Of a DNA stretch of 64,000 nucleotides, positions 40,626 through 53,211 are shown one piece after another; the stretch's first letter is position 1, and every line of letters begins with the position of its first letter. The notes beneath the pieces are model-generated. The model saw only the letters and a program-made list of their open reading frames with translations, ran no database searches and was not told the origin of the DNA. Origin of the DNA: Octopus sinensis. Its lineage: Eukaryota. The position numbers and the translations under genes are program-made. Where the stretch lies: NCBI RefSeq assembly GCF_006345805.1, contig NC_043007.1:62186001-62250000 (forward strand). The letters are read 5' to 3'.

Positions 40626-41594
40626 GGATGTTTTATTTTTGAAGGCCAGATTTTCCTAGTTAACTAAACAATTTGAAACTTCGTATACTGATAGAATGTG
40701 TCAAAAGAAAACATTATTGTAAACAAAATTGAAAACAAAATTGTAATTCGTAACTTAAACGTAGTTTAATTTTAAGAATTTTAACCAATGAAATCGCAGC
40801 ATTCGAGCTCAAATTATTTACCTCTTCTTCTGTCTTCTACATGTGCTAGAAATAACAGCTATATCTCTTAAATCGATTAATTTCGTCACCCAATAAAACT
40901 ATTAACGATATTTTTTGAATATTTTCTTTATTTTTTTTTTTACCGAAAAAGCTTCTCCCATGGTTTTGAAGGGCCAGAAAAAACAAAAGCAAAACAATAA
41001 TATGCCTAAATCGGTCTCGAGTTTGCGCGTGGAGTGTGAGTCGTATTGTAAAAATTTGCGAAATATTTTTTCATAAAAGGATGCCCCCAGCTTGTCAGAA
41101 GCTGTGATATAAATTGGGAAAAAAATCCTCGACACCAGTGTGTAATTGGTACTTAATTTATCGACCCCGAAATGATGAAACATTGACCCCCCCCCCCCTT
41201 CTGTGCAAATTTGTTGCGGCAAGTGGCAAAACACAATGTGTATTTTTGCTTGTGTGCGTATGTGTGTGTATGTATACGTCTGTTTGTATGTGTGTGTACG
41301 CTTATATATTAATTACTACGTGCTTGTGCAAATGTGTGTGTGTGTGTGTCTGCTATATTTCTTTATCAATATCGATAACGCAGCAATGTTGGGATTTCAT
41401 TGGTTAATATTCGAAGATGTTGGGATTTCATTGGTTAAAATTTGTAAAAATTAAACTACGTTTAAGTTACAAATTACAATTTTGTTTTCAATTTTGTTTA
41501 CAATAATGTTTTCTTTTGACACATTCTACCAGTATACGAAGCTTCAAATTTTTTAGTTAACTAGGAAAATCTGGCCTTCAAAAAGAAAAGATCC
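40626..41594. mobile_element. Non-autonomous TIR element (Merlin-like) with about 180-bp TIRs and an 8-bp TSD
   Basis: TSD GAAGACAC at 40618-40625 and 41595-41602. Termini GGAT...ATCC. It interrupts a SINE at its gaagacacttgccc motif. Confidence 0.85.
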
Positions 41595-43008
41595 GAAGAC
41601 ACTTGCCCAGATATCACTTTGGTACTGAACCACAGTTATGCTTCTGATTAAATAGCCCCAAAAGAAAAAAAGTAGCATTCATTTTCTTAATTTGCTGAGA
41701 CAACTGGCTGTATGGAAATTATTGTGAAAATCTTATTTCAGTGTTAAGAGGTTGTCAAATGGAGAAATGCATATTGGTCACACAATGCATTGCCTGGTCC
41801 AGGAATCAAAATCACAATCTTATGATCATGAGTCCAATTTGTAACCACAAAGCCTTACACCTCCACAACTCACAAGTGTAGATGGACATAAATAAATCCT
41901 CCTCCTCGTCATCATCATCTTCTAATGTCCATCTTCCATGCTGGCATAGGTTGGATGGTTTGACAGGGTTAACTCTTTCAGTACTGTATTTATTTTGAGA
42001 TGCTCTGTATTTCTTTCAATTACTTTCAATATAACAAAGAATTTAGTAAAATAACTTATTTATCTTTCAGCTAGTGTTAGGAACCTAAATTGTGACTAAG
42101 GTTTGGTGGAAGATTTTAATTCAAAACTTATGAAAACAAGACATTTGTACTACAGAGCCAGAGCTGGTTTCAGCCAGGTTGGTAACGAAAGGGTTAACAG
42201 AATTCAATGTCTTCCAGTGCTCTATCATTTCTACCACAATTAACAATGGTTTCTAAATTATACACAAGGCTAGCAATTTTGTGGGGAGAGAGTTGATCAA
42301 TGCCATCAACCACAATACTTGACTGGTACTAAATTGTCTTGATCCAGAAGGGATGAAAGGCAGAATTGATTGCAGCAGGATACAAAACAGAATATAAAGA
42401 GCCAGAAGATATAATGCAAGGCAGTTTGTTTGATGTTCTAACAGTTCTGCCAGTTTTCTGCCCTCTACCATTATTAACAACAAAAATGGCAGCCTTAATA
42501 GTGCAGTAGTAGTAGCAGCAGCAATAATACCAATAGTGGTGGTGGTGGTGGTGGTGGTAGAGATAATAATAACAATTGCTTTTTACAACAATATTTTGGG
42601 ACATGAAAGCAGGATGTTGTAGCACCATTTTGTCTCATAAAAATTTTAAATAAACATCAAAGTGCTTGGGAGTGAGAGTTAAAAAAGATCATGTGCTTCA
42701 CTTGACATAAACAATAACTACAACAACAACAATCTTTTCTACAATAGGCACAAGGTTTGGAATTTTGTGGGAGAGGCTAGTCGATTGTGTTGGCTGCAGT
42801 ACTTGATTGGTACTTATCTTATTAACTCAGAAAGGCTGAAATGCAAAGTAGAATTTGGTGGTATTTGGACACAGAACATGAAGGTAAATGAAAATGTCAC
42901 TAAGCATTTGTCCAGCGTGCTAATGATTCTGTCAATTTGCCACCCTAAGGCCCAACCAAGCAAAACTTTGCAAGCAGATTTGGTAGACAAAAACTGAAAA
43001 ATGCCCTT

Positions 43009-43039
<31 letters not shown>

Positions 43040-44224
43040 GCGTACGTGCGTGCGTGCGTGCGTGCGTGTGTGTGTGATGGGTTGGTATTTCTCTCACCTT
43101 CACATGTTTTCACAAGTTGTAAACAAGCAAAAAGCTCATTCATTCAGTTTTCTGGATAAACATGTCTGGGCCCAGGGTTATTTGATAGATTCCAAATGTT
43201 TCCTCATTTGGAAACAAGTATGTTGGTGATAAGGGCATAAAACCATAGAAAATGCTTCTCCAATTTATTTTCATCTGACACACACACACACACACACACA
43301 CACATAAAGGTAGACCTCACAACCATGATGATGATGATATATAGACAGGACTGATCTGCTGTACAAATTATTGTCCTTCAACATGCTCCCACAGCCAAGA
43401 TAGGCTGTCATCCTATCTTTCAATGTTTCCCACTGTCAGCACCAAACAGGTTTTCACCTAGAATGTGTTGTTCATTTGCAGCACATCATTTTGCAATTAC
43501 ACTGCTTTGCATTAGCTGATGCTCATAATGCTTTGTCACTTTCTCAATTGATTTGCATGCTCTCTTTCATCAAAGTCAACATTCTACATCCAATAGATTA
43601 CATTTAGCTTGTTTATCTCTAACCTCCACATTCTATGTCCACATCTCACCATGATTTTACACTCACATACACACACTTGGTAGAGTCATTAGAACATTGG
43701 ATGGATTGCTTTTCAGTAATTGTTCTGAGTTCAAATCCCACCAAAGTCAACTTTGCCTTTCATCCTTTTGGGGGTCTATAAATAAAGTACTAGTCCTGTC
43801 ATGGGTTGATTCTTCTCTCACTCTTTATTTGTACCTGTTAGTTTGTCTATCTGGAAAAAAATAGCTACGGTCAGACCTGGAGAGGAATGGATTTCAGTAG
43901 GTCTAAACAAACACCCAAGACATACTTTACATCATGATGGCACCCCTATGACACCATTAGCAGTTAAGCCCCAGAACAAAGAAATATATATATGCATAAG
44001 GTCTGCAAATCTGAGGCCTCAAAAGACATTTTAAGATCCACAAAAATCAGAAGTTAACTGCAGCTCTAGGTGGTGCAAATCAGATATGCAATCTATGTGG
44101 ATGTCTTTTCAATACATTGTCTGGTTTAAAAAGCCCCATCAGACACCATGATGGATCTTAGGCATAAGTACAAGAGGTGATCAGACTATGCATAAGGTAT
44201 AGACAACCACCACATATGTATATC

Positions 44225-47034
44225 ATCATAATCATCATCGTTTAACGTCCGCTTTCCATGCTAGCATGGGTTGGACGGTTCAACTGGGGTCTGGCAAGCC
44301 CGAAGGCTGCACCAGGCCAGTCAGATCTGGCAGTGTTTCTACAGCTGGATGCCCTTCCTAACGCCAACCACTCCGAGAGTGTAGTGGGTGATTTTATGTG
44401 CCACCGACACAGGTGTCAGACGAGGCTGGCAGATGGCCACGCTCGGATGGTGTTTTTTATGTGCCACCGACACAGGTGCCAGACAAGGCTGGCAGACGGC
44501 CACACTCGGATGGTGTTTTTTATGTGCCACCGACACAGGTGCCAGACGAGGCTGGCAGACGGCCACGCTTGGATGGTGTTTTCTTATGTGTCACCGACAC
44601 AGGTGCCAGACGAGGCTGGCGAACGGCCACGCTCGGATGGTGTTTGTTACGTGCTCTCAGCACGGAGGCCAGTTGATGTGGTACTGGCTACGGTCACGTT
44701 CGGATGGTTTTCTTATGTGCCACCGGCACTGGTACCACAAGGGTACAAATTCCATTGATGTTCATCTATTTTGATTTGATTTGATTTGATTTTCACTTGC
44801 CTCAACAGGTCTTCACAAGTGTCACAAGAAGGAAGGTATGCACCACGGGTTATGGCTTCACTAGTCTTGCCGGGTCTTCTCACGCACAGCATACTTCCAT
44901 AGGTCTCGGTCTCAAGTCATTTCCATGGTGAGACCTAACGTCCAAAGGTCGTGCTTCACCACCTCGTCCCAGGTTTTCCTGGGTCTACCTCTTCCACGGG
45001 TTCCCTCAACTGCTAGGGATTGGCACTTTCTCACACACCTATCTTCATCCATTCTCGCCACATGACCATACCAGCGCAATCGTCTCTCTTACACACCACA
45101 ACTGATGCTTCTTAGGTACAACATTTCTCTCAAGGTACTAACGCTCTGTCGAGTAAGTACACTGACATAACACATCCATCGGAGCATACTGGCTTCATTC
45201 CTCACGAGCTTACGCATGTCCTCAGCAGTCACGGCCCATGTTTCACTGCCATGTAGCATAGCTGTTCGTACACATGCATCATACAGTCTGCCTTTTACTC
45301 TGAGCGAGAGGCCTTTAGTCACCAGCAGAGGTAAGAGCTCCCTAAACTTTGCCCAGGCTATTCTTATTCTAGCAGTTACACTTTCAGTGCACCCACCCCC
45401 ACTACTGACTTGGTCACCTAGATAGCGGAAGCTATCAACTACCTCTAGTTTTTCCCCCCGGAAAGTGACGGAAGTTGTTTTCTGCAGATTTTCGGAGGTC
45501 AATGCTCCCGAGCATCTGCCACATACAAAAACTATCTTCCCAGTTAGCTTACCTTTGACATTGCTGCACCTCTTATGTGTCCATAGCTTACACTGGGTAC
45601 ATCTTATAGAGTTTCTACCTACACCTTTTCTACAGATCGAGCAGGGCCATCTTCCTGAGGATATTTGTGGATTGTCCACCTTTCTACTTATTAGTACTTT
45701 GGTTTTAGCTAGGTTGACTCTAAGGCCCCTTGATTCTAAACCCTCCTTCCACACCTGGAACTTCTCCTCCAGTTCTGATAGTGATTCAGCAATTAGAGCG
45801 AGGTCGTCAGCATAGAGGAGCTCCCAGGGGCAACCTGTCTTGAATTCCTCCACAATTGCCTGGAGGACTATGATAAATAGGAGGGGGCTGAGTACTGAAC
45901 CCTGGTGGACCCCAACCTCTACTTTGAATTCTTCTGTGTACATGTTGCCAACCCTAACCTTACTTACGGCATCTCTGTACATGCCTTGCACAGCCCTCAC
46001 CAGCCATTCATCTATCCCTAGTTTCCTCATTGACCACCAGATGAGGGATCGGGGGACCCTATCAAAGGCTTTCTCCATGTCAACGAAAGCCAGGTACAGG
46101 GGCTTATCTTTGGCTAGGTATTTCTCCTGCAGCTGCCTTACCAGGAATATAGCATCAGTGGTGCTTTTCCCTGGCACGAACCCAAACTGCATCTCATCTA
46201 AACTAACTCTCTCTCTAATTAGTTGGGCTATGACCCTCTCCGTAACCTTCATTACCTGATCCAACAGCTTGATACCTCTGTAATTATTTGTATCTAGGGC
46301 ATCACCTTTACCTTTGTAGCAGTTGACTAGTATGCTGCTACACCAGTCATTGGGTATGACTCCTTCGTGTATCACCTGGTTGACTATATGGGTGACTAGG
46401 TTATAGCCGACACTGCCAGATATTTTGAGCATCTCTGCAGTAATTCCTGATGGGCCTGGGGCTTTCCCTGTCTTCATGCTTCTAATTGCCTTAGCTACCA
46501 CGGAACTATCAACTCGGATAGCTGGTCCCTCTGTTGGGTCAACATTCGGCAGATTCTCTTTATCCCATTCATTTTCTTTATTCAGCAACCTTTCATAGTG
46601 GCATCTCCAAACCTCTGTCTTTGCATCCTCATTTAGCGCAAGTGAACCATCATCCATGCGAACACACTTCTCTCCTACCACATCACGATTCTCTCTCACA
46701 CACTGTATGCAACACGAAATACCTCAAGTCCTTCATCCTCACGGCTCAGAACATTGGCAAATTTTTTCTTATCCGCTTCCCCTCTGGCTAAATAAACCTG
46801 TCTCCTAGCTTCCCTTCTGGCTGTCTGATACAATTCCCTGCTACCACCGTTCTTCCAGTCCTTCCAAGCCTGTCTCTTTTGTCTAATAGCCCTGTTAACC
46901 ACAGTGTTCCACCACCATGTTACTCTGGGTCGAGATGGTACTTTGCTCCATCCACAGATCTGGTCAGTGGCTGTCAGCAGATTGTCCCATAGGAATCTCC
47001 AGCTGTCTTCCACATTAAGTGAAGCTATATCCCC

Positions 47035-47037
<3 letters not shown>
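44225..47037 (-). mobile_element. 5'-truncated RTE-clade LINE, young copy, with RT ORF, tandem-repeat 3' UTR and (ATG)n tail
   Basis: ORF 45089-46699 has RT motifs KAPGPSG, NYRGIKLL, QFGF, FVDMEKAFDRV, GVHQGSVLSPLLF, LYADD and FRYLG. There is one frameshift near 46700 and a CAA>TAA stop at 45089, after which the reading continues ERRLRWYGHV. The 3' end runs into gatgatgat. Confidence 0.95.
44395..44730 (+). repeat. 63-64 bp tandem repeat (about 5 units) in the RTE 3' UTR
   Basis: The unit tatgtgccaccgacacaggtgccagacgaggctggcagacggccacgctcggatggtgtttt starts at 44395, 44458, 44521 and 44585, then degenerates. Confidence 0.9.
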
Positions 47038-47093
<56 letters not shown>

Positions 47094-47129
47094 TATAAAA
47101 AAGTTGGGTGTGTGTGTGTACCGTTATTT

Positions 47130-47300
47130 AATAAATGAGAAAATGCATTATAAATTCTCGGAATCATCTGCCCATCCAGCAGCAACTGGTCCTCACTAAT
47201 ATACTGCATTCCTAAGAAGTCATTAACTGATTGGCGAGTTTGCAGTGATTATCAATCGCTATATAACTGTACTGTACCTGATGCATAACCTGCCCCACTT
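47130..47300 (+). mobile_element. Gypsy LTR-retrotransposon RT fragment
   Basis: Reads GIICPSSSNWSSLIYCIPKKSLTDWRVCSDYQSLYNCTVPDA*P, comparable to the Gypsy consensus GIIRPS.SPWASP+..VPKK.GDWR.CGDYR.LN..TVPD.YP. Confidence 0.75.
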
Positions 47301-49269
47301 CTACAGGGAATTTCTAAACTAACACTTCCTTTTTCTGAGCTGAGATTCAAAACCAAATCCAAGGATTCTCACACATCTGATCCACCACTGGCTAAACAGG
47401 CACGAAAGAAATTTCTTTGTCTTGTCAAAAAGTGATGGATGGTTTTCCATTCAACCTACGACCTGAGCCATGTAATTTAAGGTTCAAGTGAACAGGAGGC
47501 AACCTACATACAGTAGCAGATGCAGAACATAAACAGGCACCACTGAATGACCAATGCACACAAAGACACAAAACATGTCTAGTTCTACCCCATCATATCA
47601 ACACAGTATTTCCCGTTTATTTTCTTCTTCACCAACTCAAAGTAAGTTTGTTATGTCATGTAGTGAATTGTTTTGTGTATACAACAAGTAGATGCAAGTG
47701 TCATTTAAATAAATTATTTAAACCACAATCTGATGCTTTCCTATTGTTTTACTTTGATGTCGTCCACATACCTATCTCATCTGCTACCAGAACATCTTTT
47801 GCTACACCTTTCCAACTACATATATATGAAGAAGAAAAGGAGGCAGTCACAATTTTGGATAATTCTTTATCATATAATTCTTTATTATTAGCACTTTTGT
47901 TTGTTTAAACAAACTCTTCAAGATAAGAATTAAAATCAAAATGGTAAAAACAGAGCATTTCCTCGTTCTGTTATGTGACATTTTTTGTTTTGTTGTTTGC
48001 TGATTCTTTTATGGATGTTTATTGCTTTGTTTTGATAAGGAGAAAATTTTGTTGTTTCTTTTTTTTTTTTGGAGAAAGGGAGGAAAAGATAGCTAGAGAG
48101 CGAGGTTTTTCACGGTATTAACATGGGAACTACATCCAGAAATACAGTAACAGTGTAATATAAATGTTTCCTCTGCATAGTCTAGTTCTTTGTAACTTAA
48201 GAACTTTTTTCAACTTCATTTATTGTCGCCATAATTGAATATATAAACTTCAAAACTTCACATATATATGTCTTAGCCAAGTTGGCTTGGCCATACCCAT
48301 CATTCTCTTAAGTTATACACACAGGAGCACTACAAGCTAATAAAGCACCCATTAATTTTAGCAGCAGTGTTTTGTTCTTAACATGCAAAAACCTATTTAC
48401 AGTTAGAAAATATATTTGAGAATTAAATGTCTTAACCACAATCATAATGCAAGCATGGTGACATGAAATTATATATCATTAACATTTCACGAGTTGGCAG
48501 AATCATTAGACACAATGCTTAGCAGCATTTCAACTGTCTTTACGTTCTGAGTTCACATTCTGCTGAGGTCGACTATGACTTTCATCCTTTCAGGGTAGAT
48601 AAAATAAGTACCAGTTGAGCACTGTGGTTAATGTAATCAACTGAAATTGTTGGCCTTGTGCCAACATTTGAAACCAATATTTCATGAGTTTAGAGACTAT
48701 ATTTACTGCAGGAGTTTTATAAGGCTTTTCTAGAAAGAGCAGCTAATTCTATATTCTTCTGTTAACTAAATTTTGGGCAAATAGTTAACAGACCATTTTA
48801 AAGGATAGTTACCAGAAGAATACATTCTATCCGAAGAGCTAGCTGGGATCATGCAACATCTACTCAGGCAGTCCCAAACTCTTGTCTCTCCCCTCCTTTC
48901 TGTATCCAAACTTTAAGCCTTGCACTAACTGCTGTTCCTAGCCTTCTTTGCCAGAATGTGACCACACTGGAATTTCCTCCATGTACTTTCCTTTCTTGTA
49001 GGTGTTGACTTGCAACAGCTCAAGAGAATCACTAATGACACAATTACACTGGTCTGGGATGACCTGCAAAGGCCATAGATACTGCCCCTTCCTGCAAACC
49101 CCAAAAGATAAAGAAAGATTTGTTCACTTCATACCACAAAATTCAGACTTGAAGCACCAAAATTTAGCCCACATGGTTGATGAAAGGGTTATTGAGTTTA
49201 GCATTGTTTCTCCATAAAAATATTTCCAGAATAAAGTCCACATTTAATTATATTGATTTGTTCTATAAG

Positions 49270-49388
49270 CTAAGAAACCAAACTAATAACATGTTTTTTT
49301 AAAACTTCAAAGTCCCTTTCATTAAAACCTGCTTCATTTATAGTCTGGTCAACTAATTCTTCAGTAATTTCTTCAAATGATTTCAGAT
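49270..49388 (-). CDS. GDPGP1: GDPGP1, last coding exon
   Basis: Acceptor tattttatttttctag. In frame with the 51099-51164 exon it reads DLKSFEEITEELVDQTINEAGFNERDFEVLKKHVISLVS*, comparable to human [22 protein letters not shown]. No upstream (HIT-motif) exons were found inside the window. Confidence 0.8.
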
Positions 49389-49554
49389 CTAGAAAAATAA
49401 AATACAGAAAATACACATAAAAATATATGCAAAATAAGACAAAAATATACATAAAAGAAATGACACATATTTATACATAAAAACATATGACATTAGTTTT
49501 GATTTTTTTACCATCTTGACAAATTTTCTATTTCAAAAGAAGTGTGTGTGTGTG

Positions 49555-50345
49555 TGTTGTTTTAGTTATTTGAAGTCATCCTATAAAGAAGGAGCCGGTT
49601 TCTAACAAAGTTACAAAGCACCATTGCTGGAATGCCAATAACAAAAACATCACATATGGAACTTGAGAAAAGTCTTGCATATTCTTACTGTTCCACTCAC
49701 AGATTGCATTTGTAATGTGAGAGTTAGCTGGTTGATTTCTTTTTCTGAAAATTCTAGCTTTACTAGATTGTCACTTAGGCATTTACTAATAAAACCAAGT
49801 ATACCAACTATCATTGATATAAATGTGAATTTATAATCTGGATGTAGAAACTGACGGTATTGAAGCAGTTGTCCATACTTATCCAGTTTCTCTTTAATTT
49901 TGGTGATGGCAGTAGCAATTTGTTTATGTTGTATTTGATCTCTTTTGTGGCAGATTTTGGCCAGTTCTCAGTGTTTTGAGAAAATCAATTAGCATCATGA
50001 GCATTGGAATAACAATTGCTAATCTGTGATAACCATATTTTTGGCAAAGAGAAATGTATTTTACCAAAGCTGTTTTGTTGTAATATAGCTGAAGTCTGGG
50101 TGATCATCCCAGTTTTTTTTTTAGCCACTTCATAGAGCTGACAGAAAGGTCATCTTGTGCTGTTTCATAACACTCAAGTAGATCTCTCTGAAATAAGAAT
50201 TCTTACATCATCCTTAACTTACATTTGTATCACCACTGTTGGTGAAAATATTGTTGTTGTCAATATAAGCCATGATAGTACAAACAAAATTCCACATGGT
50301 GGAATTTTTAGACAAGAAACATTACAAACCTTGTACTGACAATTT
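49555..50345 (-). mobile_element. Decayed R4/Dong-like non-LTR element (restriction-like endonuclease end) in the GDPGP1 last intron
   Basis: The minus strand reads ITKIKEKLDKYGQLL..QFLHPDYKFTFISMIVGILGFI..QMQSVSGTVRICKTFLKF, a typical REL C-terminus (K..KY..L...IVG.LG). Confidence 0.6.
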
Positions 50346-51098
50346 CCACATTTCACTATTATGTGAATAGGTTGTTACTGTTCAACTGCTGGCCAACCCT
50401 GATTGAGCAGACCTATGATTGATTGAATGTGTTCCAGCTATGACCATCCCTTTTTTTTATATATCCAGGTCTACTTTGTCCACAGTGTCCTCCCAGATGC
50501 AATGCTGGTTAATGCAGCACCCTCTCACTGCTGTGAGTGAAAGTTGGGAGGCAGAGATGTTTGCAACTATATGGGTACCTAAAAAAATTAAGGAAAGCAT
50601 GGTATATACAACCATGTACTTGATTAAGAGTAACAGTTATAGTTTGGATGTGCTTTAAGAATGATCTGAAAGTTGTTTCTAACAAATCAAGCAACCACAA
50701 AAATGTTGCCTGATTTGTTTTTTATTAGTTTTTTTTTTCATTTCTTATCTTTTGTCTTTTACTTGTTTCAGTCATTAGACTGCGGCCAGTACATATTTTC
50801 CTTTTAAGCCTGGTACTTATTCTATCGATCTCTTTTGGTGAACCACTAAGTAACAGGTATGTAAACACACCAACACCATACATATGACAGTCTTCTCTCA
50901 GTTTCCATCTACCAAATCCATTCATAAGGTGTTGGTCAACCAAAGGCTATAGTAGAAGACACTTACTAAAGGTGCCATGCAGTGAGACTGAACCCAGAAC
51001 CATGTGGTTGGGAAGCAAACTTCTTACCACACAGCCATGCTTGAGCATATTGTTTAGTTTTTTTTTTTATGTGAACTTTAAAGAAACAAATATCTTAC

Positions 51099-51164
51099 CT
51101 TTGATGGGTAACTGTCCAGCGAGTTCTGCAAGTGCTATATTAAAACAGTCTGAATTCTTTGCAC
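51099..51164 (-). CDS. GDPGP1: GDP-D-glucose phosphorylase 1 (HIT family, VTC2 homolog), penultimate coding exon (66 nt)
   Basis: Acceptor cttctactttacccag and donor G|gtaaga, phase 1/1. Encodes (G)AKNSDCFNIALAELAGQLPIK-D, matching the human GDPGP1 C-terminal motif [22 protein letters not shown] as recalled. Confidence 0.82.
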
Positions 51165-53180
51165 CTGGGTAAAGTAGAAGTATAACAACGCAAAAGAGTA
51201 AGAGTACAGTGGCAGAGATGTAGCCTGTATTTTGAAAATGTAAAAACATTTACACTTTAAGGAAGTCCAGGAAATGCAATTTAGCACATGAAGTTTTAAA
51301 ATGAACAGACTTCCGTAACCCTTTAGCATTTAAACAGGCTATATCTGACCCAAATATTCTACCTTGTTCTATGTTGAAAATGGCCAGATCCAGCATCTCA
51401 CACTTATTCTGCAATGCCATTCTATAAATAAACAATCACATCTTCAAAACTTTGAAGCGACAAGATAATGCATGATTAGTTCAAAACAATGTAAATAAAT
51501 GTGCATTACATTTGACAGAAAAATTTAAGCTTGAAAGGGTTAATATACCAAGATATATAGCTGGATGGAGAATGAAAATGGGTGAAGTAAACAGTCAGGT
51601 AAATAGATTGATTGACTGGCAGATAGACTTAACTCTTTTGTTACCATATATTTGTTGAAATACATTGCTTTTGTTTCAATTCATACTTAAAATGATGACG
51701 AATTTAGTAAAATAATTTAGTCATCATTAATGCTTTAGCATTCAGATTACTCTACCAAATTTAATAATTATTTATTCACATTGTTTTGAATTAATCCTGC
51801 AATATTTTGTAGCTTTAAGATTTCAATGATTGTTTATTTTTAGAATGATATTGTAAGATAGGAGAGAGAGGTGGAATTTAGTTGATTTGAACATAAAACA
51901 ACTAGAATATTTGGGGTAGATATGGGTGGTTTAAATGCTAAAGGGTTCAGCTGGTGCTTAGAACATTAACATGAAATTCTGAAGTAAGGTTTTTTAAAAT
52001 TTGTATCAGTTTTAAAAAAAGAGTGTATCATAGAACCAAGGGCAGTCTCATGTGGGTTGATAGTAAGAAGGGTTAAACATTCTGAAAAATACATATAAAG
52101 AAAAGGATTGCGGTAGCAAAATTTAAGGGAAATAAATAAAGAAAAAAGAGAAAAGAAAGAAAGAAAGAATGATGACACTATTACCTCAATTTTCATGCTT
52201 TTATTTCTGCTGTTTCACAGTATTCATTTCTCTAGTGTTTCTCTATATTTATACATTGCCTCAAGCAAAGATTTAAAGATTTTAACCTTTTTGTAACTGT
52301 ACAAGATTTCAAACTTCTATTCACTAATACTTTAACAAAAGCTTACAACAATTAGTGATTAGCATTCCTTTATTCTGTCTGGCCTTTGTTACCAGAAGAC
52401 CAACTGCTACACCTTTCAGTTGGCTTTCAAACTAGAATCACATAAATAGCTAAATCATATTGACATGTTTACATACACATAAACACACTTGTGTATATAC
52501 CCATGCATACATACAGATACATACACACACATGCAACTGATCAAGTATAACTACAACACTCCCTGGCGGTAAACTGGCAGATTACATTACAGCATTAAAC
52601 AGAGAGTTTGGCTGCTTTGAGTCTGGCTTTCTACATTCTAAGTTCAATTCCTGCTGAAGTAAAGTTTGTCTTTTATCATCCCAGAGTTGATAAAGTATCA
52701 GACAAGTACTGGAGTCAATTCTCTCTCTCTCTTTTGCTCTTTCTTTCTTTCTTTCTACCTCTCTCAGAATTAGCTACATTGCACTGTGAAAAGGGTTGAT
52801 GAGAAAAACTCTTGGTATTCATCTCTCCAGAGATGGAAAGGGGTTCAATAAGACAAAGGACCTCTTCTCATAGAAAAGCTAAAATGTTACAAAACTGTCC
52901 CAGTGAAGATCAGTGCGTAAACACTCCAAAGAATGGAAAGAAGTATGTTAAATCAATTATATTTATTTAACATAAGTTGATATGATGTATTAATTTGTAT
53001 ACAAGACTAACTTTTCCTTATGATAGGCACAGACCTGGCTATATAGTTAGTTTGCTTCCTAACCATACGGCTTTGGTGTCAGTCCCACAGCATAGCACCC
53101 TGGGCAAGCATCTTCTACTATAGCTGAAAGCCAAGCAAAGCCTTCTGGGTGAATTTGGTAGATACAAACTGAAAGAAGTT

Positions 53181-53211
<31 letters not shown>

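Noticed and set aside
44258-44774. Overlapping repetitive ORFs (166, 128 and 92 aa) and a CRISPR-like periodic look
   Set aside because: These are a by-product of 63-bp tandem units in the antisense RTE 3' UTR. There are no unique spacers, and the context is eukaryotic.
52347-52431. Possible phase-compatible GDPGP1 exon (FESQLKGVAVGLLVTKARQNKGMLITNC)
   Set aside because: The polypyrimidine tract is poor, and there is no similarity to the expected HNLF..RG..W.RK segment.
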